DNA from: Histomonas meleagridis 2922-C6/04-290x
Lineage: Eukaryota; Protista; Parabasalia
Assembly: GCA_020184695.1 (NCBI GenBank)
Contig: JAANOX010000211.1
Span: 1-64,000 of the forward strand
Length of the DNA: 64,000 nt
Reading direction: 5' to 3'
In this document: positions 1 to 12,332 of the stretch, piece after piece
How the letters are laid out: the number at the start of each line of letters is the position of its first letter
How positions within the stretch are numbered: the stretch's first letter is position 1
Translations under genes and position numbers: made by a program
The notes under the pieces: model-generated
Database searches by the model: none
The model's input: only the letters and a program-made list of their open reading frames with translations
Told to the model about the DNA's origin: nothing

Positions 1-415
1 GTGTGTGTGGTACTTGTGTGTGTGTGGTACTTGTGTGTGTGGTACATGTGTGGGTGGGTGGTACATGTGTGGGTGGTACATGTATGGGTGGTACGTGTGT
101 GGGTGGGTGGTACGTGTGTGGGTGGTACATGTGGTGGTGGGTGGTACATGTGTGGGTGGTACATGTGGTGGTGGGTGGTACATGTGTGGGTGGTACATGT
201 GTGGGTGGTACATGTGTGGGTGGGTGGTACATGTGTGGGTGGTACATGTGTGGGTGGTACGTGTGTGGGTGGGTGGTACGTGTGTGGGTGGTACATGTGG
301 TGGTGGGTGGTACATGTGTGGGTGGTACATGTGTGGGTGGTACTGTGTGGGTGGGTGGTACTGTGTGGGTGGGTGGTACTGTGTGGGTGGGTGGTACTTG
401 TGGGTGGTATGTGTG
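1..415. repeat. G/T-rich degenerate tandem repeat, core unit GTGTGGGTGGTACAT (15 bp) with 18-19 bp variants; runs off the left edge
   Basis: Directly visible. The three long V/G/W/C-rich plus-strand ORFs here are translations of the repeat. Confidence 0.9.
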
Positions 416-727
416 ATGGTAGGAACAGGTGTGTGTGGGAGGACTTGGGTATGTTATTTTCATATGGATTTTATGAATGTTGTGAGAAATAACCTTCTAT
501 CCTTTAATTTAAAATTCTAAAATGAAAATAATTCTTTTGCATTACAATAATCACTGATGATTAATTGATAAATACATAGAAAATTATTGTAATTATCAAT
601 ATTAACCTAATAATTTATGATACATTACAATGAAATGACAAAGATAATCTATTTTAAAGCATATTTCATTTATAATTATTTAAAAAAATTTTATTTATTA
701 ATTAATTAAAAAATAAAATGGAAATTT

Positions 728-3700
728 TTATTTACTTCCACGTAACCTAAGAACTAAGTGTAAAGTTGCATCATTTGCTACATTATATTGTCCCAATGTA
801 TTTCCATCTTCGAGCTGCTTTCCAGCATATATTAATCTTTGTTGATCTGGTGGTATTCCTTCTTTATCTTGGATTTTCTTTTTCACATCTTCTATTTTAT
901 CAATATTTGATACACCTAAAGACATTGTTTTTCCAGTCAATGTCTTTATATAAATTTGGAAATTATTACCTGATGAATTTGCTGATTTTTCTTTGTGTTT
1001 ATTTTCTGGTGCTCTTGCTACAAATTTTGATAAAAATGGAACAAATTTCGGAAATTCATTTCGTGGTATTGATGGCATCATCATCAAAATTGGTTCTCTG
1101 ATCATTTCCACAATTTTATGATATTTAATAATGTCATTTGTATTTTCTGCAAGAATATTCATATGTAACTCATCGAAGTTTTCAATATAATATGCAAAAA
1201 TCGATTTAATAAAGTTAAAGTCATGTTCTTGAATATATTTTCCACTTGTTATAAGTAGTTTAAGGAACATAGATGTTGCGTCAACTTCATTTTCCGAATG
1301 TTTTGCAATTTCAGCAAAATTATTATCTGATATAATCTTGCAAATATTATAAAGTTTAAGATAATTAAGCGTTTCTATTGTTGGATGATCTTTATTAAGT
1401 GCTTCAAGGATTTGTTTACATATTTTATGAATATAAAGTAATTGCTCTGATTTAATATTAGTAATCGATTCTGTTTGATCTTCATATATATTTGTAATCA
1501 TTTCATCAATTGTTTGATAAATTATTGAATATACTTTAGTTTCATTTTTAGCCCATTCAAATCCTTCTTCACCATTCATCATTTCATCCATATGTAAAAT
1601 TGTTGATGAATTTACTTGATCACTAATTATTTTGAATAACGATATATAACTTTGAATAGTTTCATTATATTTAGAATTTGTTTGGTTTGATACAAATTGT
1701 GTTGCAAATTTAATTAACACAGTTAATAAATCTTTATTATTATATGACTTTAAGGATGTTGTAATAAATGGTGAAATTTTATCATTAATTGTTGTATTTG
1801 ATGATGAAACAAAAGATAAAATTCGTACTGCTAATAATGAAATATGTGAAATATTTGTTGTTAAAGCAGGACACATAAAATCTAATACAATTGTTTCGAA
1901 ATATTTTAACCATTCGCCTTTTCGTGGAAATTGAAATGTAGAAAATGGTACTCCATCATAATTTCTTGGTTTTTGTAAATAATCAAAAAATAGTTGTGAA
2001 TTTTGAATAGCAAATTCTGCATTATTATCAATTAATTGACTTATAAATGGCATCATTGCAATTTTATCAGATTCATAAATATTTTTCATTGCTTGTATAA
2101 GTAAATCAATATTTGTTGGTTTAATACCATAAAGTTCTTGACATTTCATTTGACGAGCTATTGATGCAATTATTTGTCGATGTGTTTCAGAACTATATTT
2201 TTTATTTGATATAAATAATATAAATTCAGCATCTTCTTTTGAAATTGGTACTTTATGAAGTACTTCAAATGAAATAGCTGATATCATGTTATCATTAATG
2301 TCTTTTTGTGATTTCATGATAATTTCTTCAAGTGTGTTAAGTATTTTCTTTGTTTGATCTTTTGGTAAAGAAATTTTAATATTCGAAAATGCATATGATG
2401 TCATAATTGTTTCAAGTAACTCTTTATGTTCTTGATTAGAATAATCAAAAGATTTCAAAACATTTATAAATAATAAATTTATTGCTGTGTTAAATTGGTT
2501 TATATCATAACGTTGTTCAATTAAATCTTTTGTTAATTTTGCAAATAATTTAATTTCATTTGATATCGCTGAAATATCAAATTTAATATTTAAATCTTTA
2601 AATTGATTTAATGATAAATTAGGTAATTTATCTTTTAATAAAAAGATTGATTTTAATATTTGTGTTTGCTTATAAATTTGTTTTTCATTTGTAAATTTAA
2701 CTGAAAGTTTTGGAAAGATATTAATTAATGATTCAAGGCTTTTAACATTTTTAGAAAGCTCTTGATATTTATATTCAGGTTTAAATAATAATTCTTGAAA
2801 CATTTCATCATAAAAGCATTTATCCGAAGAATAATGAATATTCTTAAAGTAATTATCAACAATAGATTTATATGTATCATATTTAGACTTTTTTTTATCA
2901 TTTAGAAATTCTTTCATCCGTTTGTAGATGCTATATTCATTATTTGCGCATAATTGTGCTTGTTGAATTCCGACTCCACCCCTTACATTTAAATCAATTA
3001 CAAAATATGATTCATCATAACCATCTTTTTTTTCTTCTTTTGAATAATTTTCTTTAAATTCAAATTCATTTATCTTATTGAATTCACATAATTTTTCAAC
3101 AGTATTACAAAAATTATTATATTTTGGATGAAGTGAAGATAAAAATGGAGTAATAGAAGGATAAACATAGATACGATGATTAAATTTATATTGACTACTT
3201 TCATTACCTTCAAAAACTTTATTTGTATATAGGTCAACTGTACATTTTTTGAAATATTCTTTTGTATCCATAATTAATTTATAAAGTGATTCAAAGAATT
3301 TGAATTTCTTACTTTTAATATTAACTTCATAAACTTTTTCTAAAAAGAAATGTACTGTTACTCCGAATGTCCTTCCAACTGTAATTTGTGGGATATTATT
3401 AATTTTTTCTGCATCAACTAATGCTGATGAAGGAATCCAATAACTATTTTGAATAAATGATTTGTTTGGTATAATTTCATTATTAAATATCATTTTTTGT
3501 TGATCTATTCCATTCATATATTGTTTTACAAGTTTAATATAATCAGGACTAATAAATGGAGCAACACAACAATCAATTTTTGAATTATTATAAGTATTAT
3601 TATTATCTGCATATTTATAACAAATTTCAAGAATATTTTCCATAAATTGATCCATTTGTGGTATATCTAAACCTTCAATACTATCAGATGAACAATGCTG

Positions 3701-5587
3701 TAGAAGTGATACAGCTACACGATAAGGAACTGTGAGTGGATTTGATTTATTTGTCTTAGCAACTCTTTCAATTTGTTCACAAATTGTCCCAACATATTCA
3801 TTTGAAAATTTTGTACCAACAATAAAAGATAATGGCGATGCAAATGATTCAATTAATAAAAGATTTTTAAAGTTTTGTTGAGAATCATCATTAATCATAA
3901 GAAGTTCATTATATCTAAAATTGCATTCATATGCAACTTGTAGAAGTTCTTTATCATTTGTTTTTAATGCTTTTTCTTGTAATTCTGAAAGAAATGATTT
4001 ATAGCATTTGAAACTATCTTGATAAATTTGAGTAGATTTACTTTCCCAAAATTTGTTTTGACAAAGATATAATTCAAATACTGATAAACGACCTTTAAAT
4101 TTAAGATTATCATTAATAATAATTTCAGAATTATTAACAAAGCCAATGTTATCACTTTCATACATTGGAAGATATTCACCTAGTTTTCTTATATCAGGAA
4201 TTCGAATAATCATCCTTAAATATTGTGGATTTGTGTTTCTTGTTCCCCATTTTGATAATTGTTTTTTATCTTCACTTAATGTACATTCTTTAATAAGAAA
4301 TTCTTTCATTTCTGGTTCTAAAAATGTGAATACTGAGCGTTTATCAGCAATTTCAGGTGGGTCTGGGGAGTTTTTAATTGAAATAAGTGTTGTGATTATA
4401 AAGAATATTAAATTAGTATATTTATCTGAATTAATTTTCACAATATTTTCTTTTGATTCACGAACAGTTTTGATCAATGAATATATAATATCCATCGATT
4501 CATCAAAACTTATATTAACATTTTTAATGTTTGTATTATCACAATTATATCGAATTTTTGAAACAATTAAACTAAGATTGTTACAATGGCCATTTTGAAT
4601 CGTTTCTTGAATAATTGATTCTTTAAGATATTTTATAACATGCTTCCATGCATTTCTTAATGGATGATTTTCAATACGTGAGAAATTCTTTAAAGCAAGA
4701 ACTTGTTGTTGGAAATAGTTAGAATTATTCTCAAACATTCTTGTAGCTATTGTTTTAAGTGTTGTTTGACATCCTTCAACATTGTTTATTTCATCAAGAA
4801 TAGTTGGAACAAAATAATTATAAAATGCTGATTTCCTTTTCACATAACTTAATATATTTTCTTGTGATTGTCCCCCTTCCATAAAAATTGAAAACATTTC
4901 ATTCTTAAAAACTTTAGGATATTGGAAACATTGGACTGCTTCAGAAAGTTTTGTTTTATATTTTTTAGAAGAAAATAAAGAACAAATTGTGTGAACTTGT
5001 TTTAATATTGGAATAACAGTGGTAGAATCTAATGTTGACATATAAGAACACATTTCTTTAATTGTTTCTAAAAGACCTTCTGCTACATCTTTTCGGTATA
5101 AAACTGACTTTTCAAATCGACGAATAAATGCGTTTGTGTCGCAAAATTGGGTTCTTGAGCGAACCATTTTAGGTGTAACATTTTTGTATGAATGGTCTCC
5201 TTCGATAATTGTTCTGAGTATCAAATATTCACTCTTATTATCTTCAATAAAACGAATCGGAATAATACTTGTAGCAACTTTTTTGATGATGTCAAAAGAC
5301 AGAAAAGGAATGAATTCATAAAAATAAGGTGAATGTTCTTTGAATAATTCATATGCAATTTTTTCGTGTTCTGGCATTATATGTTTAAGCATTGTAATGG
5401 AAATGTGCAATGAAATAATCTTTTTTAGTTCTTCTTTGGGAATGTTCTCAAATAAAAGTTTTGCAGAATCATCATTTTCATTAATTTCTCGTATAAAAGA
5501 TAAATGAGTTTGAGCATCAGTGGCATACGAAACAAGGTCTTCCCAGTTCTGGTTTTGTATGTATGATATTATAATGCTTGAATCCAT
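728..5587 (-). CDS. Large (about 1,619 aa) hypothetical protein with a C-terminal ubiquitin domain
   Basis: ORF 728..5665. The ATG at 5587 (MDSSIII) is preferred because a TCATT Inr-like motif lies just upstream. The C-terminus [11 protein letters not shown]...[24 protein letters not shown]...[12 protein letters not shown] matches ubiquitin at 54/76 positions by manual count. Confidence 0.85.
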   Translation of the reverse strand: MDSSIIISYIQNQNWEDLVSYATDAQTHLSFIREINENDDSAKLLFENIPKEELKKIISLHISITMLKHIMPEHEKIAYELFKEHSPYFYEFIPFLSFDIIKKVATSIIPIRFIEDNKSEYLILRTIIEGDHSYKNVTPKMVRSRTQFCDTNAFIRRFEKSVLYRKDVAEGLLETIKEMCSYMSTLDSTTVIPILKQVHTICSLFSSKKYKTKLSEAVQCFQYPKVFKNEMFSIFMEGGQSQENILSYVKRKSAFYNYFVPTILDEINNVEGCQTTLKTIATRMFENNSNYFQQQVLALKNFSRIENHPLRNAWKHVIKYLKESIIQETIQNGHCNNLSLIVSKIRYNCDNTNIKNVNISFDESMDIIYSLIKTVRESKENIVKINSDKYTNLIFFIITTLISIKNSPDPPEIADKRSVFTFLEPEMKEFLIKECTLSEDKKQLSKWGTRNTNPQYLRMIIRIPDIRKLGEYLPMYESDNIGFVNNSEIIINDNLKFKGRLSVFELYLCQNKFWESKSTQIYQDSFKCYKSFLSELQEKALKTNDKELLQVAYECNFRYNELLMINDDSQQNFKNLLLIESFASPLSFIVGTKFSNEYVGTICEQIERVAKTNKSNPLTVPYRVAVSLLQHCSSDSIEGLDIPQMDQFMENILEICYKYADNNNTYNNSKIDCCVAPFISPDYIKLVKQYMNGIDQQKMIFNNEIIPNKSFIQNSYWIPSSALVDAEKINNIPQITVGRTFGVTVHFFLEKVYEVNIKSKKFKFFESLYKLIMDTKEYFKKCTVDLYTNKVFEGNESSQYKFNHRIYVYPSITPFLSSLHPKYNNFCNTVEKLCEFNKINEFEFKENYSKEEKKDGYDESYFVIDLNVRGGVGIQQAQLCANNEYSIYKRMKEFLNDKKKSKYDTYKSIVDNYFKNIHYSSDKCFYDEMFQELLFKPEYKYQELSKNVKSLESLINIFPKLSVKFTNEKQIYKQTQILKSIFLLKDKLPNLSLNQFKDLNIKFDISAISNEIKLFAKLTKDLIEQRYDINQFNTAINLLFINVLKSFDYSNQEHKELLETIMTSYAFSNIKISLPKDQTKKILNTLEEIIMKSQKDINDNMISAISFEVLHKVPISKEDAEFILFISNKKYSSETHRQIIASIARQMKCQELYGIKPTNIDLLIQAMKNIYESDKIAMMPFISQLIDNNAEFAIQNSQLFFDYLQKPRNYDGVPFSTFQFPRKGEWLKYFETIVLDFMCPALTTNISHISLLAVRILSFVSSSNTTINDKISPFITTSLKSYNNKDLLTVLIKFATQFVSNQTNSKYNETIQSYISLFKIISDQVNSSTILHMDEMMNGEEGFEWAKNETKVYSIIYQTIDEMITNIYEDQTESITNIKSEQLLYIHKICKQILEALNKDHPTIETLNYLKLYNICKIISDNNFAEIAKHSENEVDATSMFLKLLITSGKYIQEHDFNFIKSIFAYYIENFDELHMNILAENTNDIIKYHKIVEMIREPILMMMPSIPRNEFPKFVPFLSKFVARAPENKHKEKSANSSGNNFQIYIKTLTGKTMSLGVSNIDKIEDVKKKIQDKEGIPPDQQRLIYAGKQLEDGNTLGQYNVANDATLHLVLRLRGSK

Positions 5588-6205
5588 CAAAATTAATAAT
5601 GATTTGAATAAGTAACAGATTTGCCAAAATTTTGCTGATTTCATCAACCGTTTAAGCTTAAACAAAACGCATTTTTTCTATGTATTGACGATTATTTTGT
5701 TATCAAAAAAAATTTGGTCTGACCAGTGCTCACTTCACTTTTACCAGCAGCCCCGCTTACCAAAAAAGTGATTCATGTCAAAATATTTGATTATTAGTTA
5801 GATTTTAATCTAACATAAACTCCATTCCATAATGCTTTTACAAATGCTATACACGCTATTTCTTATGTTTTAAAGTCTATGTAAATTAAATTAGTACTTT
5901 AAAAATTGGAATTCAATCACTAATTTTGGAGTAAATGCTTAAAGATAAATGCTTTTTTTTTACAGCTTTATGCCCAGTGTTAAAAGCATTTAAATTAAAC
6001 TTCTTCTTTTTCAAAAATAGATCTTTAATGCATTAACTTTAATGATATTATTAAAATGTATTTTAGCGAATTGTAGAATTCTCACAAATCATATATTTTA
6101 CATACATCATGTGAATAGTAACAAAGTATAATATGTTTCCATTTTTGATTATAAAAAGTATGGTTGAAAAATTATAGAATTTTTTCTGTAAAAAATCCCT
6201 TGCAA

Positions 6206-6883
6206 ATGACAAGCTCGTTTTCTAGCTTCGATGAAGAAGCACTTGAAGAAATTTTTCTTCAAGAGAAAAAGATAAATGATAGCTTGGCACTTGAACTTGA
6301 GCAGGTTCAAAAAGAACTTCAGAATTTGGAAAGAGATCAAGAACTTAAAGAAGAGTTTTTAACAAACACGACAGAGAAAAAACTTCAAAGACTCAAAATG
6401 AAAAATAAAGTATTACAATCAAAAACACAAGATGAGATAAATTTTATTAAAACACTTCAACATCGACTAAAACAAATTAAAAAAGAAGAAGCTGAGATAA
6501 AAAAGCAAGTTAAGTGTAAAGAAGACTTTGTTGCAACTCAGTTGGATGAACAAATTCAGGATAATAATGCTTTGATTGAAAAGCTCACTTTAAATAAGCA
6601 AATTGATATTAACGAAGTTAAAAATTTAACCATTAAATTGATTGAAAATCTTAAAAAGTACAAGCAAACTTTTGAAAATGATCTAATTCATTCCAAAAAT
6701 TCATATCAAAAGACAAAAAAAAGGCAAGATGCTTTGGTGTTAAAGATAAACACCGCAAAGCTTAGCATGAATACTGTTTTACAACGGAAGAAAGTGTCTG
6801 ACTTCGATCCGTTCCAAAACAAATACACTTTTCAAGCACATAGACGCCATAGCGACATCGCAGGTGGTTACTTCCCAAAATAA
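6206..6883 (+). CDS. Hypothetical coiled-coil protein
   Basis: Long ORF rich in E/K/Q/L heptads; first in-frame ATG at 6206. Confidence 0.65.
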   Translation: MTSSFSSFDEEALEEIFLQEKKINDSLALELEQVQKELQNLERDQELKEEFLTNTTEKKLQRLKMKNKVLQSKTQDEINFIKTLQHRLKQIKKEEAEIKKQVKCKEDFVATQLDEQIQDNNALIEKLTLNKQIDINEVKNLTIKLIENLKKYKQTFENDLIHSKNSYQKTKKRQDALVLKINTAKLSMNTVLQRKKVSDFDPFQNKYTFQAHRRHSDIAGGYFPK

Positions 6884-7068
6884 ATTAGTTTATTTGATTC
6901 TTTTTCTTAATCTTTTTTTGATTTTGGAAAGATTTTATTAATATTGAGTAAATTTGAATTTTTTTAAGTAATTTGAAAATAATTATATTATTAATTTTTT
7001 ATTAATAAAATCCACAAATGTAAATTTTTCCCTTATATAAGGATAAGTTTTAATTATATTTTTATCTT

Positions 7069-9147
7069 TTATTTTTCATATTGTTTATCAAGATTTTCAT
7101 TTTCTTGAATAATTTTATTCTTTGTATTTCTCAAAAAAATATATCTATTCATTTTATTTTGAATTTCGTCATGCTGTCTGTTTAATTCTTTTATTTGATT
7201 TGTGATATCATTTTTTCGTGATTTTACTTGTTTTATTTTATTTTGAACTTCTGCAAGCTTTTCAGATAATTTTTCTTTTTCAATCATTTTTCGGTTCCTA
7301 ATTTTTTGATTTTGTCTTGCTTTAATTTTATTTTGTGTCTTTTTTATTTCTATAGATTTTTCAATCTCTTTAATTTTCTCCAAAAGATTTTTTCTTTTAT
7401 CAGCCAAATCTTCTATTTTTTCATTTCTAATATTATTATCTTTATTATTTTCATCCAAAAGATCATTTATTCTTTCCTCTATTGTTTTTGTTTTTTTGTT
7501 TTCAGGAGTTATATTAATAGTTTTCTTTTCTAATGTAATTGGGGTTTTATTTTCTATTTTTTCTATTAAGTTTTGATTTGATTCTGAAAATAAATCTTTT
7601 ACAGTTTTAATTTTTGATGACTCTAAAACAATTGGTTTAATTTGACCATCATCTTTTTTGTCTTCTTTAATAATGTTAACTATTTTTTGTTGATTTATTT
7701 CATATTCTATTAAATTTGTATTTTTAATTGTTGATGGAAGCTCTTCCATTGAATTAATTAATGTTTTTAATTGCTCATTCTGTTTGTTTATAATATTTTT
7801 CTTTATTTCCAAGAATTTATTTCTTTCTTTAGAATCATCTATATAAAATGGCTTTGGTGTTTCAAAATCAATTTCGTTCTTTAATTTTTTGTTATTTAAT
7901 TGTTCTAATTCAAATAAATTTCCTTTTAATTCATCTATAGCAATTGAATGTAATTCATTTGATTGGTTAAATGCCATTTCTAATGAAGAAATCAAACTTA
8001 AACATCGTTCGATTTGAACATTTGAATCTTTTTCAATTGTTATTGGTTCAATTTTTGGAGATTTTATTGGTGGTATTGATTCAATTATAGAATTTCGTGT
8101 GATTTTTTCCAATAGTTGTTGAAGTGATGAAATTAATTCAACCATTATAGAATTGATCTGGCTTTCTTGTGACCAAATTATAGTGTTTTTTGGTGTTATA
8201 ATTTTACCTAATTCATTTATAATTTGTTGAGTCTTAAAAAGTTGTGTTTGAGCTTCTAATACTGTTTTTGACGAATACACATAATTTTGATCAAGAATTG
8301 ATGAATATTTATTAAAATAAAACTGTAGAAGTGATGATAATCTTTTCTGACGATCAAATAAAGCATTATTAAGTTGACTTCTAATGTGTTCAATTTCTTC
8401 AGGTATACCTTGGAATTTACTTTGATGAATGATTGAAATTATTTGTGATTCAAAATCCGTTGTTGATATTCTAGATGGAAAACGTACTTCATAGTTTCGA
8501 AAGTCGAGGGTTTCAGACTTGTTTGAAAAAAAAGATAATTGAGATATGTATCGAGAAATTTTATCTATTACTTCGAATTCAGGAAAAAAGTTTACATTGC
8601 TAATGTTTCCTATTTCTTCGCTAAAGGTGTCTGTTAAATAATTATAATGTTCTTTATCAAGGTTGTGTAATTGAAATGATTTTAAATCATCGTTTTTATC
8701 CGTACAAAAAACTCTCTGCCTTAAGGAATATAATTCTTCAAGTTTTTTAAGAACTTCAGCTTTAAGCTTTATAATGTAAGAAAAATAACGAGTGAATTGA
8801 ACTTTTGGAGAAATACCTTTAAAACTCGAAGCATACAAAACGAGTGGTGCTTTGTCATTTGCAATTGATAATTTTGCATTTTTTAAAATTGAAGATCTTA
8901 AATTAGAAGATGTCTCCAGGTACCTTTGAATTGAAGCACTTAACGCGTCTTGGATAGAAGCTAACTGATCATCTGATGTATTTGCAAAATTTGTTTCTTG
9001 TTGTTTTAAATCTTTTAGTTGAATTTCTTCTAATTCCAATTTTTGTTGATTTTGCTTTAATTTACGTAATGCCTCTGATTTGTTAGCAAAAGTTAGCGCC
9101 GAGTTTTGTACTTGCGCTATAATTTGCTTAATAGGTTCTTGGTTCAT
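7069..9147 (-). CDS. Hypothetical coiled-coil protein (692 aa)
   Basis: Long ORF with K/E/Q/N-rich helical N- and C-terminal regions and no recognisable motif. Confidence 0.7.
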   Translation of the reverse strand: MNQEPIKQIIAQVQNSALTFANKSEALRKLKQNQQKLELEEIQLKDLKQQETNFANTSDDQLASIQDALSASIQRYLETSSNLRSSILKNAKLSIANDKAPLVLYASSFKGISPKVQFTRYFSYIIKLKAEVLKKLEELYSLRQRVFCTDKNDDLKSFQLHNLDKEHYNYLTDTFSEEIGNISNVNFFPEFEVIDKISRYISQLSFFSNKSETLDFRNYEVRFPSRISTTDFESQIISIIHQSKFQGIPEEIEHIRSQLNNALFDRQKRLSSLLQFYFNKYSSILDQNYVYSSKTVLEAQTQLFKTQQIINELGKIITPKNTIIWSQESQINSIMVELISSLQQLLEKITRNSIIESIPPIKSPKIEPITIEKDSNVQIERCLSLISSLEMAFNQSNELHSIAIDELKGNLFELEQLNNKKLKNEIDFETPKPFYIDDSKERNKFLEIKKNIINKQNEQLKTLINSMEELPSTIKNTNLIEYEINQQKIVNIIKEDKKDDGQIKPIVLESSKIKTVKDLFSESNQNLIEKIENKTPITLEKKTINITPENKKTKTIEERINDLLDENNKDNNIRNEKIEDLADKRKNLLEKIKEIEKSIEIKKTQNKIKARQNQKIRNRKMIEKEKLSEKLAEVQNKIKQVKSRKNDITNQIKELNRQHDEIQNKMNRYIFLRNTKNKIIQENENLDKQYEK

Positions 9148-9231
9148 GTAAGATCAAAACCCAGAAAAAGATTTAACGTATTTTTAAATATTCAAGTGTA
9201 AAATATTGAAAATAATTTCTAAATTTAACGT

Positions 9232-10182
9232 TTATTGAGGCAAAGCCCTATTTATCAAATCTTTAGAGTCTTGTGAAAGAATAGAAGGGAATTCGACCTT
9301 AAACCTTACAATTAAGTCTCCTCTTCCGCCTCCTTTCTTTGGCATTCCTTGACCTGGTATTCTCCTCTCTGATCCAGGTGAAACAACATCTCTGATTTGT
9401 AATGGTATTCTAGCGCCATCGATACCAAACAAATTAAGAGTAAATCCTGTTAGTGCTTTTCTAAGGGAAATTGTCTGATTGATAATTAGATCATCCTTAT
9501 TACGAGTAAATATATCATGTTTCCTCTCCTTAATAATAAAGACGATGTCTTGTGGTTCCTGACCTGGGTATTGATTACCATCATCTGGATATGTGATTTT
9601 TGTTCCTTCTTTCCAACCAGGTTGAACATTAATTTCAAAGATCTTTTCAGAGTCACGGCCATTAATAGTTCTTGTGACTTTAAGCTTTTTAACTGTTCCT
9701 GTAAATAATTGTTCTAATGTACACATTACATTAATTACCATTGGTTCTGGTTTCCTTGGTGGAGGAGGTTCACCACCAAATGAAAATGAAAAGCCGCCTG
9801 GCATTTTTGTTCTATGGCCTCCTGCTGAGTGACCACCCATTCCAAAAATGTCACCAAAAACATCACCAAATGGATTTCCTGAATCACCGAAGAATGTTTT
9901 GAAAATTTCTTCTGCGTTACCTGCATTAAAAGAATATCCTCCTGGTCCACCGCCACCCTTTAATCCATCTTCACCAAATTGATCATATATTTGGCGTTTC
10001 TTAGGGTCGCTCAAAACATCATAAGCTTCTGAAATTTCTTCGAATTTTGCTTGTGCTTCAGCTTGATTATTTGGATTTTTATCAGGATGCCATTTCATTG
10101 CAAGCTTTCTGTAAGCACGCTTTAGTTGATCAGGCGTTGCATCCCTTGAAACTCCAAGTATAGAGTAATAATCTTTTCCCAT
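9232..10182 (-). CDS. DNAJB: Hsp40/DnaJ class B co-chaperone
   Basis: J domain (DYYSILGV...WHPDKN), G/F-rich linker and C-terminal substrate-binding domain ([24 protein letters not shown]); no zinc finger. Confidence 0.95.
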   Translation of the reverse strand: MGKDYYSILGVSRDATPDQLKRAYRKLAMKWHPDKNPNNQAEAQAKFEEISEAYDVLSDPKKRQIYDQFGEDGLKGGGGPGGYSFNAGNAEEIFKTFFGDSGNPFGDVFGDIFGMGGHSAGGHRTKMPGGFSFSFGGEPPPPRKPEPMVINVMCTLEQLFTGTVKKLKVTRTINGRDSEKIFEINVQPGWKEGTKITYPDDGNQYPGQEPQDIVFIIKERKHDIFTRNKDDLIINQTISLRKALTGFTLNLFGIDGARIPLQIRDVVSPGSERRIPGQGMPKKGGGRGDLIVRFKVEFPSILSQDSKDLINRALPQ

Positions 10183-10186
10183 TCAA

Positions 10187-10192
10187 GAATGA
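10187..10192 (-). promoter_or_regulatory. Initiator (Inr)-like TCATTC upstream of the DnaJ ATG
   Basis: Minus strand reads ...ccatttcattcttgaATG, matching the trichomonad TCAYW core-promoter Inr. Confidence 0.55.
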
Positions 10193-10990
10193 AATGGACG
10201 TGGTTTGCTTTTTTGCATTCAATTTTTGAGAGTAAAAGTGTTCGGCTAAAAATAAAGCTATCGTTCATTTAAACAACACTTTAACATGGCAAAAAATGAT
10301 CAATTTAAAAACTTGGATTACAAATTTCATTAGTTAGTTTTTATATTGTTGTTTGTTGTGTTCATATATCCTTGATATTTTTGTATAAACAATTTGGATA
10401 ACAGCAATTTATTAATAAATGAAAATGCTTAAAGTTTCTATGTGGGAATTTTTTTTTTGATTATTGTGTTTAATTTTATTGTTTTGTTGTTGAGAAGTAT
10501 TTCTTTTAAAAGATCATTTTATTAAAAAAGTTGTAAACGCATAATGTTGTAGTTTTGCAACTTTAAATAGCTTCCTAGAGAAGATTTAAAAAATTGTGTA
10601 TAAGTTTTTGATTGTATCTTTAGATATCTAAATGCAGAATATAAATTCTTTTTAATAATTTAAATTAACTCTGCCGTAGGATGATATTCCCGGTTTCTTT
10701 CCTTAACTGTAAACATGTTTTTGATTTAATATCTTAAATTGTATTTACATATTGAAATAGTTTTATTTGTAATAGGAAATTTATGTTATTTATACAGCAG
10801 ACCAGTGAATAAATTTTTTAATGTTTTTTTTTTTTTGTTTTGTTTTATAATTGTTAAATTCTTAGTGATATTGCATAAAGTCAAATCAAATAAATAACGT
10901 TATTAGTTTTCGATCGAAATTTTTGGCTAAAATTGTCAACGATCAAAAACTTTGCGAAATTTCGGTAACAAATAAAACCGACAAAACAAA

Positions 10991-12166
10991 ATGCAAGCGT
11001 ATCCCAATCAATCGCCACCAGTGCAAACAATCCCAAGAACTGTATACATCCGTGTGCGTAAAGTCTATATTCCAGGGAGCCATCGTAGTATCCAAAAAAA
11101 TCTTTTCATTCAAAATCTCCCCGAAGGATCTGGTGTTATTTCACCTCTTGGACCATCACAAGTTCACAACTTCTATATTACTAATTCTGTCCCTGCATTT
11201 CGCTACACCAGTAGTTCAATAGCCCAAGTTTCATTCAAAATTATGGAAATGAGGCAAGGATATGGCGAGTTCGAAATTTCGAAAATGATTCTTCCTCTTG
11301 GTTGGTTTGCACCAAATATGGTTACACATTATGTTTTTCCATTTATTACAAAAACACCTGAAAAAGGTCAACCAATGATTGAACTTGATGTTCATCTTTC
11401 TGAAAACAATTCACCTCCATTTATCGCACCACAAGGCAATCTTTTGGTTATGCCAATGTGGCAAATACCACCCGAACTTAACGTAGATTTACAACGTCAA
11501 CCTCGTAAAGAAAACTACGCTAGGCCAGGTTATCCAGCTGGTCCTCAAGTAGCCTCTACAAAGCAAAAGAGTTCACATAAAGCACCAAAGACGAAGAAAA
11601 GCAATCAAAAAATATATGCAAAAATTTCAAGTGATTCTGAAGATGAACTTGAAACACTTGATCACCGTACAGAAGAGCAACTTTCTAATTTTCAGAAAGT
11701 ACCTGTGAGGCAGCAACAATACCAACCACCTCAACAACAATACCAACCACCTCAACAACAGTACCAATCACAGCCGCCTATGCAACAACAGAAACAGCCG
11801 CCTATGCAACAATATCAACCACAGCCGCCTATGCAACCACAACAGCAGTTATATCAAACGCCACAGCCACCAATGCAACCACAACAGCATTACCAAGCAC
11901 CGCCACAGCAGCAACAGCAACAAGCGCCACCTCAGATACAATATCCACAGCCACCAATGGTTCCGCCACAGCAGCATAAGGATTTTTTGGATGATTTTGA
12001 AGAGATCGACCAGAAGCAGCCCAACTCAACACAAGCGAATGCTTCAAACAATGAACATAGCCAAAACGAAGCAGACAAAGCCATTCCAGATCAAGTCGAA
12101 TGCGTTGAGTACTCATCATCTGAAGAATACTATGAAGAACCTAAAAGAGTTGCGGTGCCACAGTAA
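10991..12166 (+). CDS. Protein with a C2-like N-terminal beta domain and a Gln/Pro-rich repeat region
   Basis: Beta-rich N-terminus (TVYIRVRKVYIP...GEFEISKMILPLGWF...MIELDVHL), then QQQYQPP/QPPMQ repeats and an acidic tail. Confidence 0.6.
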   Translation: MQAYPNQSPPVQTIPRTVYIRVRKVYIPGSHRSIQKNLFIQNLPEGSGVISPLGPSQVHNFYITNSVPAFRYTSSSIAQVSFKIMEMRQGYGEFEISKMILPLGWFAPNMVTHYVFPFITKTPEKGQPMIELDVHLSENNSPPFIAPQGNLLVMPMWQIPPELNVDLQRQPRKENYARPGYPAGPQVASTKQKSSHKAPKTKKSNQKIYAKISSDSEDELETLDHRTEEQLSNFQKVPVRQQQYQPPQQQYQPPQQQYQSQPPMQQQKQPPMQQYQPQPPMQPQQQLYQTPQPPMQPQQHYQAPPQQQQQQAPPQIQYPQPPMVPPQQHKDFLDDFEEIDQKQPNSTQANASNNEHSQNEADKAIPDQVECVEYSSSEEYYEEPKRVAVPQ

Positions 12167-12332
12167 ACAAGAACTAATTCATTTTTTAGATCGGAGTTTA
12201 ATGTATTTCTAATAATAGAAAACAATTTTACGTAAAAGTTCTGAATTTTGTGTTTGCTCAGGCCAATTTAAGACTTTAGAATTGCAAATTCAAACAGTGA
12301 TCATGATTATCGTTTTATTTATCATCAGCTTC

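Noticed and set aside
1-520. Three plus-strand V/G/W/C-rich ORFs (137-171 aa)
   Set aside because: They are translations of the G/T tandem repeat, which has no stop codons; no coding signature.
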